The notes under the pieces are model-generated. The model was not told the origin of the DNA. It ran no database searches and saw nothing but the letters and a program-made list of their open reading frames with translations. From positions 6,448,001-6,512,000 of the forward strand of contig OZ116708.1 of assembly GCA_964199315.1 (NCBI GenBank): a DNA stretch of 64,000 nt, read 5' to 3'. The position numbers were made by a program, and so were the translations under genes. This document shows positions 37,413-50,499 of the stretch, piece by piece. Within the stretch, counting starts at the first letter, position 1; each line of letters opens with the position of its first letter. This DNA comes from Orbicella franksi (lineage: Eukaryota).

Positions 37413-39372
37413 CAGTAGAAGTCATTTGCCTTCCCTCATGGGGTAAGAGATTCCTGCCTATATCAACTTTCTTTTCTCTCGTAAGTCCTTGCGCGTTCAG
37501 AGTTGCGCCACACTCGCGTTTTAGCTGCCGGGATCTCAAGCAATGCCTACGTAACTTTTTAAACACGCTACTTTTAGCCCTCCCCCAAATCTACACAAGT
37601 GTATTTCACTTGTGGAAAACTATCGATTTGCACAGTGTTTGGGTTGGATATTCTCGCCCCTATCAACTTTCTTTTCTCTCGTAAGTACTCTGGTGTTTAG
37701 AGATGCGCCACACCCGCGTTTCAGGAGCCGAGATCCAAACCAATGGTTACCTAACTTTTTAAAGATGCTAGTTTTAGCCCTCTTCCAAATCTGTAATGTT
37801 TATTTCACTTGTGGAAGTCTTTCGACTTGGACAGTCCTTAGGTGAAAGATTCTCGCCCCTATTAACTTTCTTTTCTCTCGTAAGTTCTCCCGCGTTTAGA
37901 GATACGCCTCACTCGCGTTTTAGGCGCACGGATCACAACCAATGCTTACCTAACTTTTTAGAGATGCTACTTTTAGCCCTCTCTCAAATCTACACACGTG
38001 TATTTCACTCGTGGAAGTCTATCGATTTAAACAGTGCTTGGGTGAGAGATTCTCGCCCATATATATCAACTTTCTTTTCTCTCGTAAGTTCTCACGCGCT
38101 TAGAAATGCGCCACACTCGGGCTTTAGTTGCCGGGATCCCAACCAATGTTTACCTAACTTTTTAAGGATGCTAGTTTTAGCCCTCTTCCAAATCTCCAAT
38201 GTTTATTTCACTTATGGAAGTTTTTCGATTTGGACAGTGCTTGGGTGAGAGATTCTCGCCCCTATCTACTTTCTTTTCTCTAGTAAGTTCTCGCGCGTTT
38301 AGAGATGCACCATACTCGCGTTTTAGGTGCAGGGATCCCAACCTATACTTACCTTACTTTTAAAAGATGGTACTTTTAGCCCTCATCTAAATCTAAACAC
38401 GTGTATTTCACTGGTGGAAAAATATCGATTTGCACAATGCTTGAGTGAGAGATTCTCGTTTATGCCAACTTTCTTTTCTCTCCCGCGCGTTTAGAGATGC
38501 GCCACACTTGCGTTTCAGGTGCCGGGACGCCAACCGGTGCTGAACTAACTTTTCAAAGGTGCTCCATTTAGCCCTCTTTTAAATCTACACACGTGTATTT
38601 TACTTGTAAGAAAACTATCGATTTGCAGAGTGTTTGGGTTGGACATTCTCGCCCATATCAACTTTCTTTTCTCTCGTAAGTTCTCGCTCGTTTAGAGATG
38701 CGCCACACTAGCGTTTCAGGTGCAGGGATCCCAAACAATGCTTACCTAACTTTTTAAAGCGGCTACTTTTAGCCCTCTTCAAAATCTTTATCTTTCGGTA
38801 TGCGTCGGTTTTCTGTACACTGTCGTTCGTAGTTCGTTGTTGTCGCGGCTTACCAAACAGTCTAGAAAAGGAAGTTTTCCATTTTCTTCGATCTCTTTAA
38901 TAAAGAGATCGGCACTTCTTTCTAATAACCAAGCGTTCAAAAAATTTTCCTCTCTCCATTTCACTGAAAACCAAAAGCTTCTCTAATTAGTTTAGAGTCC
39001 CTAGGACTCGGAAATATCGCCCAAATTTTTGGAAATCGACCCAAAGTTGGTCAAAATAAGGCTGCGCGTAGCCCGGTCTCGGTGATTTTGAGCACTGTCT
39101 AGATCGATATACCTCCACAGGTGAAATACACTACGTCCAATGTTCAACCCAAACACTATGCAAATCGATAGTTTTCCACAAGTGAAATACACGTGTGTAG
39201 ATTGGGGGGAGGGCTAAAAGTAACATCTTTAAAAAGTTAGGTTAGCATTGGTTGCGATCCCTGGACCTAAAACGCGAGTGTGGCGCATTTCTAAACGCGC
39301 GAGAACTCACGAGAGGAAAGAATGTTGATATAGGCGAGAATCTCTCATCCCGTAACAAAACACTCATTACTG
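37413..39372. mobile_element. Large-TIR non-autonomous element carrying a ~200-bp tandem array
   Basis: cagta...tactg ends; left arm tandemly amplified, right arm one inverted copy (~39117-39345). Confidence 0.6.
37445..38785. repeat. ~200-bp satellite, about 6.7 copies
   Basis: ttctcgccc.tatcaactttcttttctctcgtaag recurs near 37450, 37650, 37850, 38050, 38253, 38453, 38647. Confidence 0.9.
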
Positions 39373-40053
39373 GTCGCGATTCTCGATTCTCATGCCCAGG
39401 ACACTCTGAATATCTAGGTTAAAATTTGGGAAATTTTAAAAAAATATTTTAAGAATAAACCCTAGACTGAGATTCTGAAAAGAATGTATTTTTTATGATA
39501 AAAATTTGTAAACAAAATACGATTATATGTTTTTAACTAAACTTTACAAAAAATTCTTCCTTTCCATTACTCGCACAACTGCCCAAAAAGGAAAAAAAAA
39601 AAAAACAGCACTGGTCATAGGTTCGATGTTCATAACACTACTGGAAGAAGTTTTGTGCGCGATATCAGACTTAAATGCCTGCAGGCTGGCTCCAAAATTA
39701 CTTGAACACGATCAAGACACCAAATGCATTTACAAAACAGATATGACATACGCTTAAGTCTAAGATTATTCACAAGAATATTATCAGCCTAAAATCGGCA
39801 GAAAGATAAGAATATTTAGCATCGGCCGGAAAGAAAACATTCTTGCCAGAAGAGCGTGTAATTAAGTGTATATCAGTGCCCATCTAACAGCAGTATTTCT
39901 ATAAAAATAGGTCCGCAATGCGTACTTGTGGGTATATGCTTAGTTTTATTCCATTCGGTTGGAGTTTGTTTTTAAAAGTCAGTATCTGGAAGTATATAAT
40001 GGTATTCTAACAACTTGACGTTTTGCAACGTTTAAGCCCAAAAGGGACTCTAA

Positions 40054-40316
40054 GGGTGCGTTTCTTTTTGTTGTTGTTGTTGTTGTTGTTGTTTTTTTTG
40101 GTTTTGTTTTTTTTAAAGAAAATCTAAGATTAGATTCTTAAATCCGAAAGAATCCAAAAATGGATTTTGCTTTCCTTTACTAAACAGATCAATCCAAGAT
40201 CTCACGGATCATGGTGGGTCAAAGGAACCGAAATATCCACTCCCAGATCAAAATCCGTTTTTGGATTCTCTTGGATTTAAGATGCCAATCTTGGATTTTC
40301 TTAAATAAATGCACCC
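40054..40316. mobile_element. MITE with TAA TSD (PIF/Harbinger-like)
   Basis: taa|gggtgcgttt...aaatgcaccc|taa. Confidence 0.75.
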
Positions 40317-41478
40317 TAATTATGTCATAGAGCACGTTTGAATTTTCAGGTTTATGCATTGCCTGACATTAGAAAGGCGGCCCAATAAGGCTCTCGAGTA
40401 GGTCAAAAGAGGAGTTATTGCTCAAGTTTCTGCTAACTAACCAGTTCTTGCTCTAGAAGAAGTATCAATTGCAATAACAACTTTTTGTTTCATTGGCAAA
40501 ACTTAAAGAGATATGTTTTTATCACTTCACAGCCGCCACGTTGGTGCCCCCTCCGAAGGGCACCAACATGGTGAAGGCTTCCAACAATGCAATACATTTT
40601 CTGTCGAGTTGGTTTGAGATGACCATGTTTTAAGTCGTCTGGTAGTGTGAGCAGGTCTTTCCTTAGCTTGTGTGGTGCTACAATTAAGGTTCATCGACGG
40701 CAGTATACGCGCTAAAAGCAGATAACACGTGACGTGACTCTTCAACGGTACATCTTTATTGTTCATTACGATGCCTTATCGAATATGGCAGAAACACAAC
40801 TATCATAAATCAAACACGAATAACATATCACAACTATTTTGCAAATGATACAAAACCATACTACTATGAACTGCGGAGCATATATTTTGCCTCTCTCTTA
40901 CCTAATTAGAGCTTCAATGTATCGGTTCACAGCAGTATTTCAAGGATAAAATTCTGGCTATAAGTCTTAGGCTTATTCAACTTCACAAGGGGTTTGAGGT
41001 GGGTTTATAAACAGGAGGGCTCATATCCTTAGGGCGTGGGGAAGGGGGGGGGGGGCGGCAGCTAATAAATGATATAGAAAACCTTTTCGCAATGAGTTGA
41101 TGAGACCAACCTATGTATCAAGTATAATAGAGTCGTTAACTGAAATAGCTGTTACATTTAAGCAATATACTTCTATGAACTACCACTTTAAGTCGTCCCG
41201 GTCAAAGTGCTGCTTATTTTAAAGTACTAGCGGACTACTGAAAATGGGAAGGTCAGCTCCCCTTGTCATGTAAGCAGGATTCGATACTTGCAATATTTGA
41301 GTGCTTTCACTCTACTGAAGTAAAGTTAACTATGATCAACAGTTCTCTCTGTTTCACTCTACTGCTTTGGAAGAAAACACACACACACAAAAGAGCAACT
41401 GAAAAAACAACTTTCGTCACTGGCTATTAATGCATGGTAATTGGGTGAACATCCCTTTCAATCATGAAGCGACGTGAT

Positions 41479-41671
41479 CTACAACTCTGATTGTGTAGCT
41501 GCGTTTTCGTAGCCTCTGCCTCCATTCTGCTCGTCTTGTGAAGATCTTCTCTCTCCTAAGCGTAATTCGCCCTTGAATCCTGGGTCACCAGGGTGCACGC
41601 TGTTCTTCCACCGGCAAGGGTTTTGTTTATTAAGAGAAGTTGTGCGATTAAAGCAGCATTGGTTGCGAAAC
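41479..41671 (-). CDS. Gene C: cytoplasmic tail, last exon
   Basis: Pyrimidine-rich cacgtag acceptor, phase 2 matches TM exon: RFRNQCCF...[11 protein letters not shown]. Confidence 0.7.
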
Positions 41672-44600
41672 CTACGTGTGAAACTAAGCGAAAAAAATAA
41701 AAAAAAGTACATAATTTCCTCAGTAACTTGGACTGAAACAAAAGGAAAACCGCTGGGAGTGTATGTAACGTGCTTCCACTATGATGTGTATGCGTGTTCA
41801 TACTTAAAATTGAAAAGAGTATTTTACGTGAAACCTCGATTTAAAGAAGTGCCAAGGAACGTTGGAAATTTGGAAATGTCAATATAATCTGTTTCCTGAG
41901 ACTTCTCTGTTTGCTTCCAAAACTTATATCTTCCAGTACTACTTTTCCGTCTCTTTTTATTTTATTTTATTTTATTATTATTATTATTATTATTATTTTT
42001 TTGTACTCAGATAAATAAAGTGAATTCACCTTTTCGGAGTTAAATTTCACGTGTAGTTTCACGTGACTTATGATGTAAACAAACTGGGAAAGTTCGGAAA
42101 TTCTAGTCAAGCACGCATTACACCTGTACGAAGTTTTCAACTTCGCCAACGTCCTGTCACTACTAATATATATTTCTCTCTGCTTCAAGTCTTTGAACTT
42201 AGAATAGTTTCACCTTCAAAATGGCAGAAAAAAAGAATAAAAGCGACTTCAACGCCATGAATGTGGCAGAACTTAAAAGATATTTGCAGGAACGTGGAGT
42301 TTCAGTAAGCGAACATTTGAAAGCTTCGCTCGTGGAAATCGCTTCCGCAGTCGAAAGAATGGTTGTGCCAGTGATGATCCAAACTTCGAAAAAGATCAAA
42401 CCACTGATGCTGACGAATAAATAATTCATGAAATGCTAATTCCCAAGCCAGTTTCCCTGAAGACCTTGAACAACTTCAACTCGTCGCCGCCGTTTGGGTA
42501 GTACGACATTTTTAATTATTTGATTTACCACTCAACCGATTACGACAAGCAGGGACTCGCCGCTTACAAGTCATTTGAAGATTATCGTTTATTCGCCGAT
42601 GGTTACGTGGAATCTTTACTAACTGCTCAGTTGAATCAAGAGGGTGTTCATGTATATATAGCCAAAGTGCGACCTTTGAAGTTTCATGAAAATCAAAACG
42701 GATGAAGGACGGGGTGGTCATGAAGGAAAGGAGCACTACGATCTCTGGTTTATTCTCCAAGGCAGCGTTCTTCAGGCACGATGCAAGTTTAAAGGTGGTA
42801 GAGATGGGGGATGCAAGCACATTGCGGCCGCCATGTACTTTTTCATCAGTCTTTCTGTTGATTTGAGACTCGATCGGTTCAGGAAACTCGTCGGTTCGCT
42901 CTTCCGGTTCGAATTTCTCAGGGGCACCCAACGACCGTTTTCTCTCAAATGCTTTTTAATGCTGTTTTAGGCTATCTGGAGTACTTTTAAAGCTCTGTAG
43001 GTTACTTTCAGGTTGCGCCAAAAAAATTTTATCTGTTCGGTTATTCTAGGGGAACTTGAGTATTCTCGAATTTATTAGGGCTTCTTTGTCCATTCCCCCA
43101 AAACCTTGGGTCTTATCACCTTTCCGAAACTGATAGTTGACCTATTTTCGGTACCCAAAACGACATTTTTAACAATCCGAAAACAACAGACATTGAATTT
43201 CTCAAATCACGAAAGTTCGAGACGACAATTCTCTTCAGAAAATCAGAAGAGATTAAAGGCCTTCCGAACAGATAATTTACCGAAACGATCCGTTGGGTGC
43301 CCCTGATTTCTGGATGCTTTCCTCATCGGGCTCTCCTAAACTCGCCACTGGCTCTGAGCTCAGATCTAAAAGAGTCATGGCGGCGGAACGTTCTTCTTTA
43401 GATTTGCCAGCAAGGCGAGTAAGCGTCAGTTGGGTTTTAGCCACTGATCGTTCAAGATAAATTTCTTGCTTTTCGCTTTGTCTGCCTCGCGTTCATGGGA
43501 TGCCTTTCGTTTACGATTCAGTCACGACACCTAGGCACGGTATAAAATATCAGTTCAAACGACAAAATGTGTTATAAAAGCACATATTGATAAACGCACC
43601 CTTTCTTTACTGGCAACGGCAGATATAGGATCAGGATCCTCTTTTGTTAGACCATTTCCAACGACAAAATGTAGGCTACAAAGCTAACTGTCTTTCGTGC
43701 ACACGAACGAGTCACCGCTGTGACATGCTTTTAGCCACTTTTTATCTTCTCTCGTTTTGTCTAAATGCGCCAGGAAAATGGAAGAACCTCACTGGATCGC
43801 CGTTTGGGTTTCTTTTCCACGATTCAGGGTATCGGGAATCGTTTCTACATGTAACAAAAGCACATCTTTTAGTCGTGACCATTCTGTTAGAACACTACTT
43901 GTCGAACTCGTGTGGTTGACTAGAATGTCCGAACTTTCCCGGTTTGCTTACATCATAAGCCACGTGACACTACACGTGAAATCTAACGCCGAAAAGGTGA
44001 ATTCATTATTTTTGTAATATCAGTGTTCCCCAGGGATTTTGAAGAAGCCGACAAAAGTCGAAATTTTGCCAGCACTTATTGATCGAGTCTCCAAGCGCAA
44101 GAGCCTTTTTCGGAGTCAGAAGTATCGTTTTAAATAATTCAGCACAACTGAACACAGTTAAAAAAAATACAAAAACAAAAACAAAAACAAATGTAAATAC
44201 CTGTAATAGACAGCGACACCAATAAGAATAAAAACAACAGGTATGGCTACCCCTAGAGTGATTTTGAGGATAGTACTGGGGTCTTTCGGCTTGCTAGCTT
44301 CTTTTGCATCTGGTGGAAAAATCAAACATTTAAAATAATTTGGACATTTACCATCTGCAACTTTTATTTATTTTTTTTCTTTGTTTTGTTTTGTTTTGTT
44401 TTGTTTTTTGCCATCTCTTTAACTTTGGCCATCTGTATTGCTCACGCTAAACGCTAGCCATCCTAGCAACAGGTGATCCACTCACTAGAATTGTCATCTG
44501 GCGGTTTACTATAGAACAATACTAATACTTCGCCTATCTTGCTGTTGACTACCATATCAACCGTTAAGTATCATTACTTTCTGCTTTACATATTGAAGTG

Positions 44601-45220
44601 CAATCTTACACTCGATGCACCCGTCACTGTTAGTCGTTCCACGTCGGAGGGTTGTCATTCCCTTGCCACATGTTTCGCAGCTGGCCTGGCCTTCCTTGTC
44701 TTGGTAGCTGCCTTTACCACATAGTTTACAATCGAGGCTGTTTTGGTCATGAAATGATCCGACAGAACAAAGCACTGAAAGTCAAAACAGGCGTTAACTG
44801 TTTGCATTATTACGGCAGCTCACATGACCAACCGTAAGTGCTTGAAAACAAAAATCTTTCCAAGGGTAAACATTACAATCAAGCTCATTAGATCTATAAA
44901 GGATGTTACAATTAAGCCAACGTAATTCTGGCCCAATCCTAACATATTTTCCAGGGTGTATTTCCACGGCGAGTTGTCGTAGTAGCCACTTGTGTTACAT
45001 TGGCAAAATAGTCGATGAAAAAATCAATAAAATTACCCACCAATTATGCAGCACGCATAATTAGGTTTATGTAACACGAGAAAGGGTCATTGTTAAGGAT
45101 ATCTAGTGGGCGGAGAACAATTGGCCTTACGGGTTGTATCAGATTCCTTTATAAAAGGTGTGAAGACATGATCATCGCAGTAATGCACGCAACTTAAGCA
45201 GTTGCGAAATTAAAGCCTGA

Positions 45221-45260
<40 letters not shown>

Positions 45261-48200
45261 TATTCAGGCCTGAACGGGATTCGAACGCATGACCTCTGCG
45301 ATACCGGTGCAGTGCTCTACCAACTGAGCTATCAAGCCATCTCCGAGCTGGTCACTTTGTGAGTTTGTAATACACGCGTAAATGATGAAGAATGCAAATA
45401 AATATATTCATTTGAATATAAAGGTGTGTCGCCAAAGAGAGGTCCTCTCTTTGCTCCTAGCTGCTGAGCGTAAACGTCGCTGCTCGTAGCTGTCAGAAGT
45501 TTTAACCCTCTCCCGCCCCTTCTTAACATTGGCCCTACCCCTATTTTTTTTTTTTTTTTACTTATGCCTATATCCAATTCACACTTATGTCATCAGCGTT
45601 CTAGTTCTCCCCACTTTTCATGAATGTTCGTTGTTACTGTCATCACTTCATGACGTGACAGGATAAGTGTTTATGGGATAAGTGTTAATTTGCCACAATC
45701 GTGGCAAATTAATCCCAGCAGGGCTGTTGTCTCATTTCATCAAACTGAACTCGCCACCGTCAGGTAATGAGCTGAGAAATAAAGCCATTAGCAGTGTGTC
45801 TTCTTTTGAGTCGTAACGTAAAAATAAAGAAAGAAACAAATCAATGGATAGATAAATCAATACCTAACTAAATGAATAAATAAATACATAAATAATTAAA
45901 TAAAATAAATAAACAAATAAATAAATAAATAAATAAATAAACTTACTACTAAATACTCACCACATCTCTTTCCATTATTGCTTGGGACAGAGCCAACACT
46001 GCAAGTAACCTTAGAGAAGAGATATTTTAGTGAAGACCTCTGAGCAGTGGTGTTTATTCCATGTAAGCTTATCGTGAACTGTCCAGCAGCAACGGCATAC
46101 TGCATCTGAAACAACACTTCTTCACTTTTTTCTTCGACATTGCCTTCTGATGAGGACGAATTAATATCCTTAAACAACACCATTGAAAATAGAACTTTAA
46201 CGTTTGTGTCGACTGCTCGTTTTGACCTTTGATTGGCTTTCGATTCACATCCAGGAACTGCGACGGTCTTTAAGTTACATGAGTGACATCCAGAGAGTGT
46301 TGAAAGTGTGTTGCTTAATCTCTTCTTGAGTGCCGAGCGTAACTCGTCGTGACTCTGGATGTCCTCGCATTTCATTCCAGGAAAATCAACCGAGAAGTGA
46401 TGTTCTATTTCCTTGGGCGCGGCATTTTCTGTGGTAGAAAGTGAGTTATAATTGTGAATTTGAATAACACTTATAAACTGGAGAATTGAACTGTTTTTGA
46501 AACTCAGTGACTGATGGCTTCCATTAGAATATTGGCTTTTCGAGATTTTATTTCAATTTACAAAATAAAATTTACGGAAATATCGCAAAGAGTAATTTGG
46601 CCTACTAATAGTTACTTCCATGTCGCTCTGGATTTTTGATGTTTTGCAGAAACAAAGGAACGGTCTGGGAAAGTAAAGCTGAACTCACATTTTATCATGC
46701 CAGGAACTTTTCGTTTCTCTTCTGTGGAACAGTACCTCAAATATTTTGTGCTGGTACAAGTAACCGACCTTCCAACTTTTAAGCACGAAATCTAGTCAGG
46801 CAGTTTACCGAACATTGCCCTGGGTACAGCAGGTTTTTATTTCTCGCGACTTGACTGGGATTGCAAATCAGGCCATGTTACCCAGGGAGCAACTTTTTCT
46901 GATGATAGTTAGGAGATAAATCGATTTCTTCAGTTATTAATTAAGAACTATAGTGCGTTGTTTGATCAGTTATTAATACGCACTTAAGCAGGTTGGTATA
47001 GTCATATCCATGATGCCATTCCAGGTCCACTCTGTGTCAGGGCCGCAGACAAAGGTAGTCACTGCCTCAGCACTGAAAGAGTGACCTTCATCGCAGTTCA
47101 TAGTACAGGAAATCGCTCCAGCAACTTTTTGGCAAGATTTTTTTCCATTGACGGGCTCTCTCAATTCCGGACACTCTGTAGAGTTCAGATAACACGCCGT
47201 TAGTGGTGTCCTTGTGTTCTTCCGCAATGAAATTTATAAGAGCTTTCTTTACAAGTGTTCAAGAAAAGTTTCGTTGCTTTCCATACAATCATGCAAAATA
47301 ATGCATTTAGTGTAAATACAAGATAGGTTGAAAAAGTTAAGATATGGCTACCTGCTGAGGACGGTGCTCTTAAAATATCGCAATTCGTAAGTTGTTTAGA
47401 GAGTTGTCTCCTTGTCTCTCGAATGTATGTTAGGTCAACAAAATGTAGAGAACTGAACGTAATTAGTCTTAGAATAATAAGGCAAAGAGTTTAAGGCCCT
47501 GGTAGCAGACCACTTCCTAAAATTCAAATTAATTTATTCTCTTGGGTCCTCTTGGACTGTCGTGAAAAAAAAATGTGTCACGCTTACACAACAGATGAAC
47601 AAATTCATAGATTTCTTTCATCATTGTGCTATAGACTGATAACTTCTGTAACCATCATACCTCCTTCATTGATGATTTTCTTTTCACAATTTACTCCCCA
47701 ATAGCCTTTGCTGCACTCGCAGTCATAGCGATTCACACCATCGACACACGTCCCTTTGACGCATGGATTTGAGCTGCAGTCATCAATATTAATGTTACAG
47801 CCGGTACCTGAAAATCCGGGTTGACAGCTACAGTTGTATTCGTTCTCATGAAACTCGCATCGGAGGAAGTGCAAGCAGTTGGCAGTGCACCTGTCAAACG
47901 CTGCAAAGCAAAGTTGTAAAACGTTATAACCTGTTGGTTTTTCTTTCGTTTCTAGGATAGTATGAAAATCGATGTACTCTTGCGGTGACGGAAATGAACT
48001 GAGCTACCGTCTATGTTAAATATAAATGTAAACTGCAATACGGAAAAGCTCTCAGGAGCTCATTACAAAGTGTTCCAATAAGACTATGGAGTGTTGGATT
48101 TTGTGGCGGCAGAAAAACCAGAAAATCCACAGAAAAGACCCTCGAACAAGGATATAGAATTAAAAGGGAACTCATCCAGGTTTTTAAAATAAGCAGGCAC

Positions 48201-50465
48201 CGAATCAAAGTCACCGGCTACTACAAGCATTTGCGGCAGGTACTTTTTGTATTCCAAAGTTTATTAATACGCAGTTTTGTTTCCCCAACGTAATCATGAT
48301 ACATGACCGGATCTATGTCAGGAAATAACTGAACAAGTGAAAAACTAAACAGTGTGGCTATTGTATGTACACCTTTGAAGCAAGAGAAACTTTTTTAGAG
48401 GGCCTTTTGCCGTCATTCAAACTTACATGTACATTGTATCAGATTTGCCAATAAATGGACATTTTCGACGATTGAAGTGGAGGCAGCAGACTATGCTAGC
48501 TGTCTTTTATTGCCACTGTTAAAAAGTTAGGAAGACAAACAGGTAACAAACAGGTTACCAAATATTACGTGGTGTGCAGGAGCGTAGCTAGGGGAGTCCC
48601 TGGGTGCCCGTGACGCCCCCTTTTGTAACCTACAACAGGTTTCGAAAACGACAGGACTTTCTGATGAGTACTCTCACTTGGACAAAATGTGAGCCCTCCC
48701 CCCCCCCCCCCTTGAAAATTGCTGGCTACACCCATGGTGTTCTAGTTTTGAAAGCCTAGCCGTGTACGTGTGCGCGTGGTGAATGTGGAGCCAATACCGG
48801 TATGAAATTTTAGCAAAAAAAAAAAAAAATATCCATCAATAACGCGAGTGTTTGCTGTACAAAAGAAACGAAACTTCTAAACATCGAAGCACAAACTAAA
48901 CAAAACCGCTGACTTCTTGAGTGGTGATCAATGTATGTGACAGAAACTATATCACCGGTAAAATATATGTCATCTTAATCCATTGACCATCCATTGTTTC
49001 CCCGATCATTTACAGCTATTTCATTCCAAACATTAAAACAATTTTGTTGCCCGCTACTGAAAGTTTTTATCTTCAACTTTCATAATTGACATAACACTAA
49101 TAACATTAAAGCGACAGCTGATTCATGTTATTACAGTTCAATTAAATAGAAATGAATTCACTCGAAGATTTCAAAAGTAAATGACCTAAATAGGACTGTA
49201 CCAAGAATGCTAAGTACCTTTACACTGTGTCATGAATCGTTTTTCTACATGTCCTTTGACTCCAAAGAGGAAGCTGTTCCATGCACGCAGACTTCCTGCG
49301 ATAGGCCACGTGCAGTTATGAGCCGCGTTCCACATGTCTAAAGGACTTGCTGGAACATTCCAAAAGCTTACTTGGTGCATAGTGCCGGCAAAAGCTGTTG
49401 AAAGGTTTGAAATCTTTACCCCTGCGAGATATCGCTGGCCAAGCACAACCCACCCTCCACCAATGATCGTATCGTTGGTCTTGACGCCTCTTGCCTTTTT
49501 TATTTCTGCCCTATCAACGTACACCGAGACAGTCCCAGTTATCGCCTGCCACACGACTCCCAAGAAATGCCAGTGATCGTCCGTAAACTCAAAGTCTGCA
49601 CTTACTGTGCTATCTTTGATCTCCAGCTGAACTTGAGACTTTGTAAAGGAAAGCACGATGATATGGTTTGGTTGCTCAGGCACACTGTAGCTGAACAATG
49701 TTCCTGAATTGTATCTGGAGTCTGCACGAAGATACAGGGCGATTGTGAAAGAATCCATGTTTGGAAGACCTTTGCCATCTGATAGCAAAATCATGTCATC
49801 TATGCTTTTGCGTTTGAAAATGAGATCAAAGTCACTGCCAAGAACTGCAAACAAAGTGAGAAAACGAGTGTTAGGATACTCCCTCTATTGTGAAACATTC
49901 CCTACAATGAACTTAAAATATAATTTGCAGCGGTTCCTCTCGAAAGGGTTACCATTTCATGGGCAAAGGGATATAAAAAGGTAGGGAGTTGACGAGTCAA
50001 AGTGAAGATAGGTCAGGGGAAACTAACATTCAAGTATTTCAAGGACCATTTCGAAACATCTAAAAGTGACATACTTAAGGACTAATTCATCCAAGTATTT
50101 GAAGAGTTCTTCAATTAAATGATACAGGGAAGGGAAGCAGTGTTCAACTGTATATATAAGAAAGGCGTGAATGACTAAATGCTACATAACAACAGATTGT
50201 ATAGTCAGATACATTTCTTAAAATTCTTAGGCTCCATTTTTGGACAGCTCATTGACATGAAGAATTCGCGAGGTGGGTGAAAAGATCCGCTCTACTTCAT
50301 TGTTTTCAATTATCGACTTGCTACTGTTCTTATGGGAATGTTACCATTTTAAATGGCCGAGCTACTTTATAACACTTTTTTAAGGACGCTGCAGATTAAA
50401 GAGAAATTTAAAAATGCAGCTTGCTGTGCTGCTAATGCTGTCGTATGAAGTACCGCGCCACCCAC

Positions 50466-50499
<34 letters not shown>

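Larger units (their letters stand above)
42013..44011. mobile_element. Internally deleted two-gene DNA transposon (THAP ORF + SWIM ORF, ISL2EU/PHIS-like) in the last intron of gene C
   Basis: ~100-bp TIRs (tgaattcaccttttcgg.gtta.atttcacgtgtagt.tcacgtg.cttatgatgtaa.caaac.gggaaagttcgga.attctagtcaa); convergent decayed ORFs. Confidence 0.8.

Noticed and set aside
37445-38785. CRISPR array, or the 150-aa ORF at 37796-38248
   Set aside because: Whole ~200-bp units repeat with no unique spacers, context is eukaryotic, and the ORF is a repetitive by-product.
40527-40766. 79-aa ORF as a peptide gene
   Set aside because: No signal peptide; ends within a gttggtgccc...gggcaccaac hairpin repeat.
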